Positions 19,599 through 28,672 of a DNA stretch of 64,000 bases are shown in pieces. The position numbers and the translations under genes are program-made. The first letter of the stretch is position 1. Each line of letters begins with the position of its first letter. Below the pieces are notes generated by a model. That model did not search any database and was not told the DNA's origin. It was given only the letters and a program-made list of their open reading frames with translations. Origin of the DNA: Candidatus Delongbacteria bacterium (lineage in GTDB: Bacteria; CAIWAD01); the NCBI GenBank assembly GCA_963663545.1, contig OY760505.1, forward strand, positions 1,376,001 to 1,440,000. Direction: 5' to 3'.

Positions 19599-21547
19599 TT
19601 CGCGCAGTCAACTGCAGACAGCGTTTGCCTTTTGGCAAGCGTTTGAAACGGCATTCGATACGCGCACTGCGTCGTTTGCGGTTTGGCTTGTTGTCTCGAG
19701 AGGCTCGCTTGAGAGTCAGTGCCGATTTCCATACACAAGCTCGCTACTTCGGCCCTCTCGCATTGGCCCTTGAACACCTTGGCAAGAGCGAACGGAATGC
19801 GATCCTCACAGATTATGAGCGAATCCTGAAGGGCGACTTCAATCTGCTCCAGCTAGTCGTGAATCTGCCGCTTCGGAAGCTCAACTGGAGCCAGGACGTC
19901 TCATCTGGCTATTGCTGGGGACATGCCTTTTACGCGAAGCTCAGGACAATCGACCTGACAAACACCTCAGATGTCAAGTATGTCTATGAGCTATCCAGGA
20001 TGCAGCACTTGATACCCCTTGCACTTGGCAAGTGCCTGGCTGATGACGAAAAGGCTTGGCTCCTCTTCAAAGAACAACTGGAATCCTGGTGGAAGCAAAA
20101 TCCTCTTGATGGGAGCATCAATTGGACTTCTGCCATGGAAGTGGCTTTGCGGGCAATCAGTCTGTTACTGGCAGGTGAACTGTTTCAGGAGGACCTGGAT
20201 CGGGATCTGAGCTTCCGCAATCGCTTCTATTCCAGCCTCCTGGATCATGGGGATTACATTCACAACAACCTCGAGTACAGTCCGAACCCCAACAATCACC
20301 TAATCAGCAACTACTTGGGCCTCTTCATGCTTGGGCTGTGCTTCCGCACAATGCGGGGGAGCAGCAAGAAAAGAGCCGAGACCTGGCTGCGTACAGGAGT
20401 GGCGGGATTATCCACCGCCCTCAAGGAGCAAGTTGCTCCGGATGGGCTTTCTCATGAGGGATCCACTCACTACCATCGGCTGAATCTGGAATTCTTCTTG
20501 CTGGCTACTTGCGTTGCAAGACGCAATAAGGTTCAACTATCAGAGCGGTGGGATAATACTCTTCGCAGCATGTGTCGTGCGCTGTTGCTGTGTATCACGC
20601 CCTCGCAACAGCTGCCAGCCATTGGCGATTGCGACAATGGTCGAGTGCTGATCCTTGATCACTATTTTGATTGGCATTTCGAATCCTGCGACTGGGTGCT
20701 GGACCTTTCTGCCGCGCTGTTCCCTGATTGCTTTCCAGGTTCAAGGGCACCCTCTCTGTACAGTCAGCTCCTCTGTCCACAGGACCTCGTCGAGTCACGG
20801 GACCGCAAGCACCTACCCGAACCCGCACTAAGTATTCTTCCACAATCCGGCTTGATCCGGTTACAGCACAAGCAATGGTGGGCCCTTCTACGTGGAGGAT
20901 ACCTGCTTGAACGTGCTCCTACGGGTCACTACCATAATGATCAAAGCAGTTTATGTTTGTATCACGGTGATACAGCCATTCTGGTTGATCCTGGAATGGA
21001 AACCTATACCGGAGACGCCAGTGAGCGAAATCGTCTCAGATCCACTTCCATGCATAGTGTTTTCTGTTGTGAGGACCTGGAACAAGTTCCGCTTAGCGAT
21101 CTTGAGCTCTTCCGTTATCCTCTACGCAATAACACTGAAAGTGTGATGATAGGAAAAGCATCAGCCCGCGTCGACATTCACGACTACTTTCCGGGGTCGA
21201 ATGTCAATGTATCACGCGAAGTGCGCCTCGAATCTGATGCTGTGATTATTGATACCAGAGCTACAGGCGAGTTTTTGCATGGTCGGCAAGGACGATTGGT
21301 CCACATCCTTGCACCGGGAATCCAACCGGTAGAGATCCGTGGCGGAACTCTACGGCTTGCAATGGACAACTCTGCGGCCAAGACTCTACTGTGCGAGTTT
21401 CCACCGGAGCTGGGTGCGCATTGGGAAAGCGTGGACATATCCAGAGGATATGGTGCCCGTCAAAGGGCAACTCGTCTGGAGCTGTCCTGGACATGCGGCG
21501 CCGATAACAGAATTCGTGTGATCTTTCGCGACGAAAGAGCTGGCTAA
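19595..21547 (+). CDS. Heparinase II/III family protein
   Basis: DVKYVYELSR, NWTSAMEVALR, NNHL, DGLSHEGSTHYH, GHYHND and LVDPG; ATGA overlap with the previous gene. Confidence 0.88.
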   Translation: MIRAVNCRQRLPFGKRLKRHSIRALRRLRFGLLSREARLRVSADFHTQARYFGPLALALEHLGKSERNAILTDYERILKGDFNLLQLVVNLPLRKLNWSQDVSSGYCWGHAFYAKLRTIDLTNTSDVKYVYELSRMQHLIPLALGKCLADDEKAWLLFKEQLESWWKQNPLDGSINWTSAMEVALRAISLLLAGELFQEDLDRDLSFRNRFYSSLLDHGDYIHNNLEYSPNPNNHLISNYLGLFMLGLCFRTMRGSSKKRAETWLRTGVAGLSTALKEQVAPDGLSHEGSTHYHRLNLEFFLLATCVARRNKVQLSERWDNTLRSMCRALLLCITPSQQLPAIGDCDNGRVLILDHYFDWHFESCDWVLDLSAALFPDCFPGSRAPSLYSQLLCPQDLVESRDRKHLPEPALSILPQSGLIRLQHKQWWALLRGGYLLERAPTGHYHNDQSSLCLYHGDTAILVDPGMETYTGDASERNRLRSTSMHSVFCCEDLEQVPLSDLELFRYPLRNNTESVMIGKASARVDIHDYFPGSNVNVSREVRLESDAVIIDTRATGEFLHGRQGRLVHILAPGIQPVEIRGGTLRLAMDNSAAKTLLCEFPPELGAHWESVDISRGYGARQRATRLELSWTCGADNRIRVIFRDERAG

Positions 21548-21558
21548 GCAAGAAGCAA

Positions 21559-22683
21559 TCAAAGCCTCTTCTCCAGCAAAGAAAGCAACACGCGCCAACT
21601 CTCTGCTACCGTGCTTTCCCAGCGAAAACTCGCAGCGCGTACTCTTCCCATCTCGGCGAGCTCACCGGCCAGAATATCATTGGATAGCAGCTTATCACAG
21701 GCGGACGCGATCTCTCGCGGGTCATCTGGATTTGCCACCAATGCTGCTTTCCCGGCCACTTCCGGTAGACTGCTTCGATCACTGGTGACAACCGGCGTGC
21801 CAAAGTGCATCGCCTCTAGAACAGGAATGCCAAAGCCCTCATAACGCGAAGGGAAGACAAGCGCTCGGGCGCAGCGGTAGAGCTCACACAGCTCGTGATC
21901 CTCGACCGGCCCGACCAGTCGAACACTCTGCGAAAGGCTCAATTCTTGAATCAGACGCTCGATTCCTGCACGGCAACTATCTATCCTTCCCGGTATCACA
22001 AGTTGCAACTCCGGGTATCGACCTGAGGCATGTAACACAGCAAAGGCACTTATCACATTATCAAGATTCTTGTAGGGCTTCGTATTACCGACAAAGAGCA
22101 GGTAGTTCCCGCGTTCGCTAACGGGTAGAGCCGCAGATACGGAAGGCAAATGATCAATCCCAAGATGTGTCACCGTGCTACAGCACTCAAGTTGTGGATA
22201 ATGTGATACGAGATCCTTGCGCGTTGACTCACTGACACAGAACACATGGCTTGCTTTTCCTAAAGACAAGGTCACCGCTGCACGCTGTGTCAACCAGCGC
22301 AACCAGTTCCAGTTGCTCGACAAGGGGCCCTGCAACCGCGGGTAGTGCGACCACATCAAGTCGTGCACAGTAAGTACTGTCCGACCTCGAAAAAACACCG
22401 GGGCAAAAAAGAAGGGCGCAAACAACAGATTGATGCCGTCATTGTGCAGGCGACGGTGAAAGGCAAGAATCGTGTACGGATGCACATACCGCCTGGGAAC
22501 AAGGACCTGACGGCACCTGGATTCTGGGGAAAAGGAAAACACATGGTGTGTTACATACACGATCAGCTCAAGATCCGCACGCTGTGCTACTTCGTGAGCA
22601 ATTCCCTGAATCAAAGCCTTGCTGTATCGCCCGATTCCGTCGGGATGCGGCATGATTGCGCGACCATCAATGGCCAGGCGCAT
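21559..22683 (-). CDS. Glycosyltransferase family 4
   Basis: MRLAIDGR..GIGRY, TVHDL, KPYKNL and FPSRYEGFGIPVLEAM. Confidence 0.92.
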   Translation of the reverse strand: MRLAIDGRAIMPHPDGIGRYSKALIQGIAHEVAQRADLELIVYVTHHVFSFSPESRCRQVLVPRRYVHPYTILAFHRRLHNDGINLLFAPFFFAPVFFRGRTVLTVHDLMWSHYPRLQGPLSSNWNWLRWLTQRAAVTLSLGKASHVFCVSESTRKDLVSHYPQLECCSTVTHLGIDHLPSVSAALPVSERGNYLLFVGNTKPYKNLDNVISAFAVLHASGRYPELQLVIPGRIDSCRAGIERLIQELSLSQSVRLVGPVEDHELCELYRCARALVFPSRYEGFGIPVLEAMHFGTPVVTSDRSSLPEVAGKAALVANPDDPREIASACDKLLSNDILAGELAEMGRVRAASFRWESTVAESWRVLLSLLEKRL

Positions 22684-22742
22684 AAACGATCCTCCGGTTG
22701 GATAGTAACTTGCCTCTGCCAAGATCCCGGAGAAGCAGGTTT

Positions 22743-24002
22743 ATGACCACACCTATTCTACTTATCGCCTACGACTTCCACCCCTTTGTCGGCGGAGGTG
22801 GCGCAGTTCGCATGCTGAAACTGGCCAAGTATTTCCACCGGGCCGGGCGTGATGTCCATGTGCTTACTGGAGGTTTCGAGACACGTAACGCTGACGCCAG
22901 TCTAGGCAAGCAGATCGACGGGGTCACGATACACGTGGCCAATCCTGATCCTATTCAACCGGGTCTGGATGATGTGGTCGTCAGAACACCTGCCAAGCGC
23001 TGGGCGGGGATGCTGATTCGCAGTATTCTTCCCTTCCCGGATAACCGCTTTCGCTTTCTTCCGGCAATGTATCACAAAGCGAAGAGCATCATTCGGGACA
23101 ACGGGATTGGCATCGTAGTAATCACTAGTCCACCGAACACCATGAGCCTTCTGCTTCCGCTGCTCAAACACGCATTCCCAGATCGGAAGTTTGTGCTGGA
23201 TGTTCGCGATATGTGGGCGCTGGATCCACTGCTGGCCCCGAACAACGACTTCTTCAGATGGGAACAACGCATGTTGGAACGATACACCATGCGTCGCGCC
23301 GATCATGTAGTCAGCGTAACACCTGGTTACCACGCCTGGATCTGCAAGCAACTTGGAGGTGATACAAAAGCCAGTATCATAACCAATGGATTTGACGAGG
23401 AGGACTTCCGTATTGAAACGCTACCCGTGCCTGACGATGGCTTCGTTCTGGGTTACGCGGGAGCAATGGGGGGGCTAAGCGGTCCCCATTCTGTTGAGCC
23501 TGTATGCCAGGCACTTGATCTGCTACTTGAAAGAAACCCGTCTGTTCGTGACACACTGCGAGTCAAACTGATTGGCAATTGCGCCTATGCTGGACCCATG
23601 GTAGCCAGGCATGAGTGCGCTGACATGATTGAACTCGTGGGACATCTTCCTCACCACGAAAGCCTGCTCACATTAAGCGCGTGTCACGCCCTGCTTCACA
23701 TCCTTTTCGACCTTCCACTGACGGATATCATATACCCGGGTAAAACATTTGAATACCTGCGAATGATGAAGCCGATACTCGTCCTTAGCCGTGCAGGAAT
23801 TCTACGTGACCTGGTCCTGAAGCTAAAAGCGGGTGAAGCCGCTGACATCGGCAGTCCTGCTGCAATTGCGGACGCGATAGAACGCATGCTGGCGAATAGA
23901 ACACAGCTTCAAACAGCCTACAACCTCATCCCTGGAAATTATGAGCCCTTTGAACGCGGCGCGCTGGCGAAGCAATACCTTCAGTTGCTGGATAGTTTGT
24001 AA
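22743..24002 (+). CDS. Glycosyltransferase (GT-B fold, family 4-like)
   Basis: GGGAVRMLKLAKY, TSPP, DVRDMW, ITNGFDEEDF and PGKTFEY. Confidence 0.85.
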   Translation: MTTPILLIAYDFHPFVGGGGAVRMLKLAKYFHRAGRDVHVLTGGFETRNADASLGKQIDGVTIHVANPDPIQPGLDDVVVRTPAKRWAGMLIRSILPFPDNRFRFLPAMYHKAKSIIRDNGIGIVVITSPPNTMSLLLPLLKHAFPDRKFVLDVRDMWALDPLLAPNNDFFRWEQRMLERYTMRRADHVVSVTPGYHAWICKQLGGDTKASIITNGFDEEDFRIETLPVPDDGFVLGYAGAMGGLSGPHSVEPVCQALDLLLERNPSVRDTLRVKLIGNCAYAGPMVARHECADMIELVGHLPHHESLLTLSACHALLHILFDLPLTDIIYPGKTFEYLRMMKPILVLSRAGILRDLVLKLKAGEAADIGSPAAIADAIERMLANRTQLQTAYNLIPGNYEPFERGALAKQYLQLLDSL

Positions 24003-24043
24003 TACTGCCTCTGAGTTCCCTGTGATACAAATATAACAACGGG

Positions 24044-25180
24044 TCAATACTGCGAAGGTACAGTTACACCCTGTTCGGCAAGTACGCGCAAATAGCTGCG
24101 AATGAAACTCTCGCGGCTGAATGTCTGGGCCCACTCCGCAATTGCGACGCCGTCGAATCTTGACATGGCAGCCTCAAAGCGCTCGATACCAGACACCAGA
24201 CCAGCGGGAGTCTGATCCATGTAGTGCACGCCAGTTGGAGTCCTTCCGTGTGCATCAAGATCCACAACCGTCTCAGCGCATCCACCAACGCCGTAGGCAA
24301 CAACCGGTGCACCACAACTCATTGCTTCCACCGGGGCAATGCCGAAATCTTCTTCCGCCGGAAAGAGCAAGGCGCGACAACTTCGGTAGAGCTTGAGAAT
24401 CTGCTCGTCGGTTTGGTAACCAAGCAGCTCCACATCAGGAAGGTCTGCGGCTTGGCGTCGTAACTGCTCCAGTTGTTGGCCGCGGCCGACTATTTTCAGT
24501 TTGCGTCCCAGGATGCGACAGGCGTCAATGGCGTGATCCAGCCGCTTATAGGGCGATGCGGCGGAAACGATCAGATAGAAATCTTCACGGGCTACCCTTG
24601 AATCACGGCAGTAGTACTCTGTGTTGACGGGCGGATAAACGACATCCGACTCGCGATCGTAGGCATATCTGATTCTATCGGCGATATAGTGACTATTGGC
24701 GATATAATGGTCCACCCGATCTGCTGTGTCACGATCCCATCGCTTGATTGCTTCAGAAAGAACGCGCAGGCCTGCTGCCGCTGTTCGCTCCATATTGTGG
24801 TGATACATGTGGCTCTGTCCCCACACATAACGCATGGGTGTGTGACAATAGCAGATGTGCTTTACGCCTCGGGGCACCTGGATGCTCTTCATCACGCAGT
24901 GACTGGTGGAAAGCATCACATCAATCTCTTCTCGGACTTTCATCTGGCGAAGCGCGAAAGGCATCAGGGGAAAAGTATATCGGTAAAAGGAGCCAATACC
25001 CGGTAGTTTACTGAGGAAGGAAGTATGAATGCGGCATTGCTCAATTTCAGGAGCACAGCTCCCCTTAAGGTGCACCATTGAATAAAGCGGAGCTCCAGGA
25101 AACAGACGTGCCATTTCCAGCAGAACTTTTTCCGCTCCGCGCATACTTACCATCCAGTCGTGTGCCAAAGCTACTTGCAT
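24044..25180 (-). CDS. Glycosyltransferase family 4
   Basis: VALAHDWMVSMRGAEKV, YCHTPMRY, PYKR and EEDFGIAPVEAMSCG. Confidence 0.92.
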   Translation of the reverse strand: MQVALAHDWMVSMRGAEKVLLEMARLFPGAPLYSMVHLKGSCAPEIEQCRIHTSFLSKLPGIGSFYRYTFPLMPFALRQMKVREEIDVMLSTSHCVMKSIQVPRGVKHICYCHTPMRYVWGQSHMYHHNMERTAAAGLRVLSEAIKRWDRDTADRVDHYIANSHYIADRIRYAYDRESDVVYPPVNTEYYCRDSRVAREDFYLIVSAASPYKRLDHAIDACRILGRKLKIVGRGQQLEQLRRQAADLPDVELLGYQTDEQILKLYRSCRALLFPAEEDFGIAPVEAMSCGAPVVAYGVGGCAETVVDLDAHGRTPTGVHYMDQTPAGLVSGIERFEAAMSRFDGVAIAEWAQTFSRESFIRSYLRVLAEQGVTVPSQY

Positions 25181-25243
25181 GACGATTCCATTTGCTTGTT
25201 CTGCGACAAAACTAGCATTAGGCGGCAATTGACTCCTCGGGGG

Positions 25244-26110
25244 TCAGCGGCGGCGATAGCAGCGTCTCACGCGCGCCGAAACAACCGGCCACACGAGCAG
25301 TTGCAACAGAAAAAGAAGCGCCAAAGGCAACCACGGCTGGCAACTCATCTGCAGATGGAAGCCAACGCTACGCGCCAGCAGAAGCTCACCCCACAGCAAT
25401 AGTGTCACCAGCGGAACAGGCCAGAGCGCCTGCTGAAGCGCCACCAGCAAAAAGGGCAGCTGGAGTTGCAGGGGTGGCGCACCCCAGAGGGCGAGTAATT
25501 CCATCTCCGGACGCCAGCCCTCTAGCTGCGAAGTAAGTCCGCGTCGGACGAGAAAGACGATGATCAGCAGCAGAAGGGCGGTCAACGCGAGCAACACAAC
25601 CAAGGTGGTGTGCAATCGTGCTCCAAGATCGCCCAGTAGCTGTGTATCACTTCGTACCTCACTAACACCGGGTTGAGTCGCCAACCAGCTCAATTCCTTC
25701 TGCATGGCGGATGTATCACCACCAAGGCGGAGTGACAACTCAAGCGTGGCCGGAAAGGGATTCTCGCCAAGCATGCTCTCTACTTCACATCCAAAGGCCT
25801 TGCTGAACTCGCCTGCTGCCGCTTGTGGACTGAGAACACGCAAGAGCTCAATCTGCTCCAGTGAATCCACCTGTTCGAGCAAGCGCGTCAGGCGTGTATC
25901 ACCGAGCAGGTCTGCGTCTCCCGGCAAGTCGAGATAAACGTCAACCGGCACAGTGCGAAAGAGCACGGAAAGCAGCCGCTGACTGTTCTGCAATCCAAGC
26001 ATCAACTGAGATGAAATCAGCAACAGAACGCTGAGAGCCAGAAAGAGCAGCACGCTACGAGAGCGGCTTCGGGATAGCATACGCCAGGACTCACGAAGGG
26101 CAATCATCAC
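25244..26110 (-). CDS. ftsX: FtsX-like permease (divergent)
   Basis: Four TMs with VDVYL, LGENPFPA, PGVSEV and EMELLALWGA...PF; overlaps the ABC ATPase gene. Confidence 0.65.
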   Translation of the reverse strand: MMIALRESWRMLSRSRSRSVLLFLALSVLLLISSQLMLGLQNSQRLLSVLFRTVPVDVYLDLPGDADLLGDTRLTRLLEQVDSLEQIELLRVLSPQAAAGEFSKAFGCEVESMLGENPFPATLELSLRLGGDTSAMQKELSWLATQPGVSEVRSDTQLLGDLGARLHTTLVVLLALTALLLLIIVFLVRRGLTSQLEGWRPEMELLALWGAPPLQLQLPFLLVALQQALWPVPLVTLLLWGELLLARSVGFHLQMSCQPWLPLALLFLLQLLVWPVVSARVRRCYRRR

Positions 26111-26790
26111 TCGTCCCCCTCCAGCGTTCCTTCTCGCATGGTGATGATCGTGTCGACACTCTCTTCCATGTGCGGATCGTGTGATACAAGTAGCACAGCG
26201 CTGCCACCACGAGCGCGATCATGAATCAGCTGCATCACTCTCTCACGGGCTTTCTGATCAAGCTCTCGCAGCGGCTCATCCAACAACATCAAGGGCGCCT
26301 GTGTCACAAAGGCAGCGGCGATTGCTGCCAATCGGGTTTGGCCCGCAGAAAGCCGCGACAGAGACTGATCTGCCAACGGAAGCAACCCAAGTGTAGTCAG
26401 AACGCGCACGCATTCGCGCCGTGCGGTCGCACGTAACACGCCACGTCCAGCGAGCAGAAACAACAGCAACTCGCGTGGACTCCGGTCCATGGGCAAATCA
26501 ATACCATTCCCGCTTAGCGCCAACTGCCGTCGCCATCGGGCAACACCCTGCGCCGATGACAGATTCAACACGCGTCCACGCCAGACAAGTACGCCGCTCG
26601 TTGCCGAAAGTCGTGCCGACAACAGCGAGAGCAATGTACTCTTGCCTGCTCCAGCCTCGCCACGTAACAGCGTAACACGCCCTGAGTACAATCGCAGGTT
26701 CACATCACGCAGTGCGAATCCTCCGGTGTATTTGTAGCACAAGCCGCGCGCCTCAAGCAGCAAAGAGACCTTTGTTTCATCCTGCGCCAT
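26107..26790 (-). CDS. ftsE: ABC ATP-binding protein (FtsE-like)
   Basis: Walker A GEAGAGKST, signature LSAGQ, Walker B LLDEP and switch SHD. Confidence 0.7.
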   Translation of the reverse strand: MAQDETKVSLLLEARGLCYKYTGGFALRDVNLRLYSGRVTLLRGEAGAGKSTLLSLLSARLSATSGVLVWRGRVLNLSSAQGVARWRRQLALSGNGIDLPMDRSPRELLLFLLAGRGVLRATARRECVRVLTTLGLLPLADQSLSRLSAGQTRLAAIAAAFVTQAPLMLLDEPLRELDQKARERVMQLIHDRARGGSAVLLVSHDPHMEESVDTIITMREGTLEGDE

Positions 26791-27620
26791 CAGTCTCCCC
26801 TTCGGCAGACATAGTGAACACGGTCGTCGCGCTCGCTACCACGACGAAAACCGAATTCCGCGAATCCGCCAAGCAACTCTAATCCGGCCTCATCAATCGC
26901 CCGCTCGACTTCTCGCAAAGAGTAGATTCGCTGCTCATGGTGTGCACGATTAACACGCTTTCGTTTTGTATCACGAACAACGAACTCGTTGTACTGAATG
27001 CGCTTCTGTTCGTGATACCAACTATGGCGATGAAATGACCACGGCCCCAGCGAAGCCTCATCTTCGTAATTCAAGAAGTGCGTTCGGCTATTGCGCTCCG
27101 TGCAGACATCAAAAATCAGCAGGCCGTGGGATTGAAGGCAGGCCCGCAGATTCCGCAAGCCCTGCACAAGCTGCGGCAGCTCCAGCAAATAGTTGATGGA
27201 GTCGTAAAGGCAGGTGACCAGCTGTACCGGCTTCTCCCAGCTGAAGTCCAGCAGGTCACAGCGTCGCAGGAGCACCTTGCGATTCGTCCATGGACAAACA
27301 AGCACAGCGCTCTCGAAATTTCCCTGCGGTTCGAGGCGCATCGGATCGCCGCCTGAAATCCTTTCTGCGGCCAGCTCGAGCATGGCTGCGGAACGATCCA
27401 TACCAGCCAACTCGAGCCCGGGCAGCGCAAGCTCAAGAAGAAAGCGACCTGTTCCACAAGCCGTGTCCAGGCAGGAAGTCAGCGAACCTTCCCCGTGTCG
27501 CTTCCAGATCTGATTCACGTAGCTCGCCCATTCGCTGTAGGGAACGTGATCCATCATACGGTCATAGAAGCTGGCGATGCTGTGATACGGATCCTTGCCG
27601 TTCGTGATCATCTGACTCAT
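26790..27620 (-). CDS. Class I SAM-dependent methyltransferase
   Basis: LDTACGTG, GMDRSAAML, YDSINYL and GLLIFD. Confidence 0.88.
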   Translation of the reverse strand: MSQMITNGKDPYHSIASFYDRMMDHVPYSEWASYVNQIWKRHGEGSLTSCLDTACGTGRFLLELALPGLELAGMDRSAAMLELAAERISGGDPMRLEPQGNFESAVLVCPWTNRKVLLRRCDLLDFSWEKPVQLVTCLYDSINYLLELPQLVQGLRNLRACLQSHGLLIFDVCTERNSRTHFLNYEDEASLGPWSFHRHSWYHEQKRIQYNEFVVRDTKRKRVNRAHHEQRIYSLREVERAIDEAGLELLGGFAEFGFRRGSERDDRVHYVCRRGD

Positions 27621-28648
27621 CCGTGCTGATTCTCTGAAGGTGGCAACTGGGGGTCCGGATTCTGAGCTAGCTGCTCCAAGTAGTGCTCAAGCCGCTCGCG
27701 AACGGAAGCCTCGGTTGTCAGTGTTACAAGCTCAGCACGCAATTGTCGCATGCCGGGCACTTCGCGCAAATATCCAGGATACATCTTCCGCATCTCGAGT
27801 ACAGCGCGAAGCTCGCCCTTGTGCTCCACCGCCAAGGAAAGGTGCTCCAGGCAAACACGCACGCGATCACTGATATCGGGCAAAGGAAGATCCCGGCCCT
27901 CGTCCAACCAGGCACGACAACGGGCAAACAGCCAGGGATTATGCATCACGCCACGACCGATCATCACTGCGTGACACCCCGTGTGTTCGAACATGCGCTG
28001 CGCGTCCTGCGGGGTCAGCACGTCACCGTTTCCGATGACGGGAATCTCCAGTGCCTCGCGTACGCGCGCGATCCAATCCCAATCGGCCAGCCCCGTGTAC
28101 TTCTGACAACGTGTGCGTCCATGAATGGCCACCGCCTCGATGCCGATATCCTGCAGTCGCTGACAGATTTCGACCACATTAATACTGTCGTGATCCCAGC
28201 CCAGGCGCAGTTTTGCGGTCACCGGAATATCAACGGCTTCGCGCACAGCACGTGCGATAGCCAGCAGGCGCTCTGGATCACGCATCAACTGGCTACCCGC
28301 GCCTCCGCCGGTGACCTTGCGCACCGGACAGCCGAAGTTGATATCGACGATGTCGGGTTCGCCCTCAATCAGTCTGCGCGCTGCATCGGCCATACGCTCT
28401 GGATCACGACCGAAGATCTGCACTCCGGCGGGACGTTCATCTTCAGCGAGACTGATCTTGCGCGCGGTTCGTCCCGCCATACGCACCAGACCTTCACTGC
28501 TAGTAAATTCGGTGTAGACCAGGTCAGCGCCCAGACGACGACAGATGCGACGGAAAGGCTGATCCGTGTAGCCTTCCATTGGCGCCAGCAGAAGTCCATT
28601 GGTGATACAGAGACTTCCAATTTTCAGGATTCGGGTTTCATTCAACAT
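27617..28648 (-). CDS. dusB: tRNA-dihydrouridine synthase DusB
   Basis: LAPMEG.TD..FR, DINFGCP, VTAKLRLGWD, HGRT, IGNGDV and VMIGRG. Confidence 0.93.
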   Translation of the reverse strand: MLNETRILKIGSLCITNGLLLAPMEGYTDQPFRRICRRLGADLVYTEFTSSEGLVRMAGRTARKISLAEDERPAGVQIFGRDPERMADAARRLIEGEPDIVDINFGCPVRKVTGGGAGSQLMRDPERLLAIARAVREAVDIPVTAKLRLGWDHDSINVVEICQRLQDIGIEAVAIHGRTRCQKYTGLADWDWIARVREALEIPVIGNGDVLTPQDAQRMFEHTGCHAVMIGRGVMHNPWLFARCRAWLDEGRDLPLPDISDRVRVCLEHLSLAVEHKGELRAVLEMRKMYPGYLREVPGMRQLRAELVTLTTEASVRERLEHYLEQLAQNPDPQLPPSENQHG

Positions 28649-28672
28649 GGGGCACAAAGTAGGGATGAGTTC

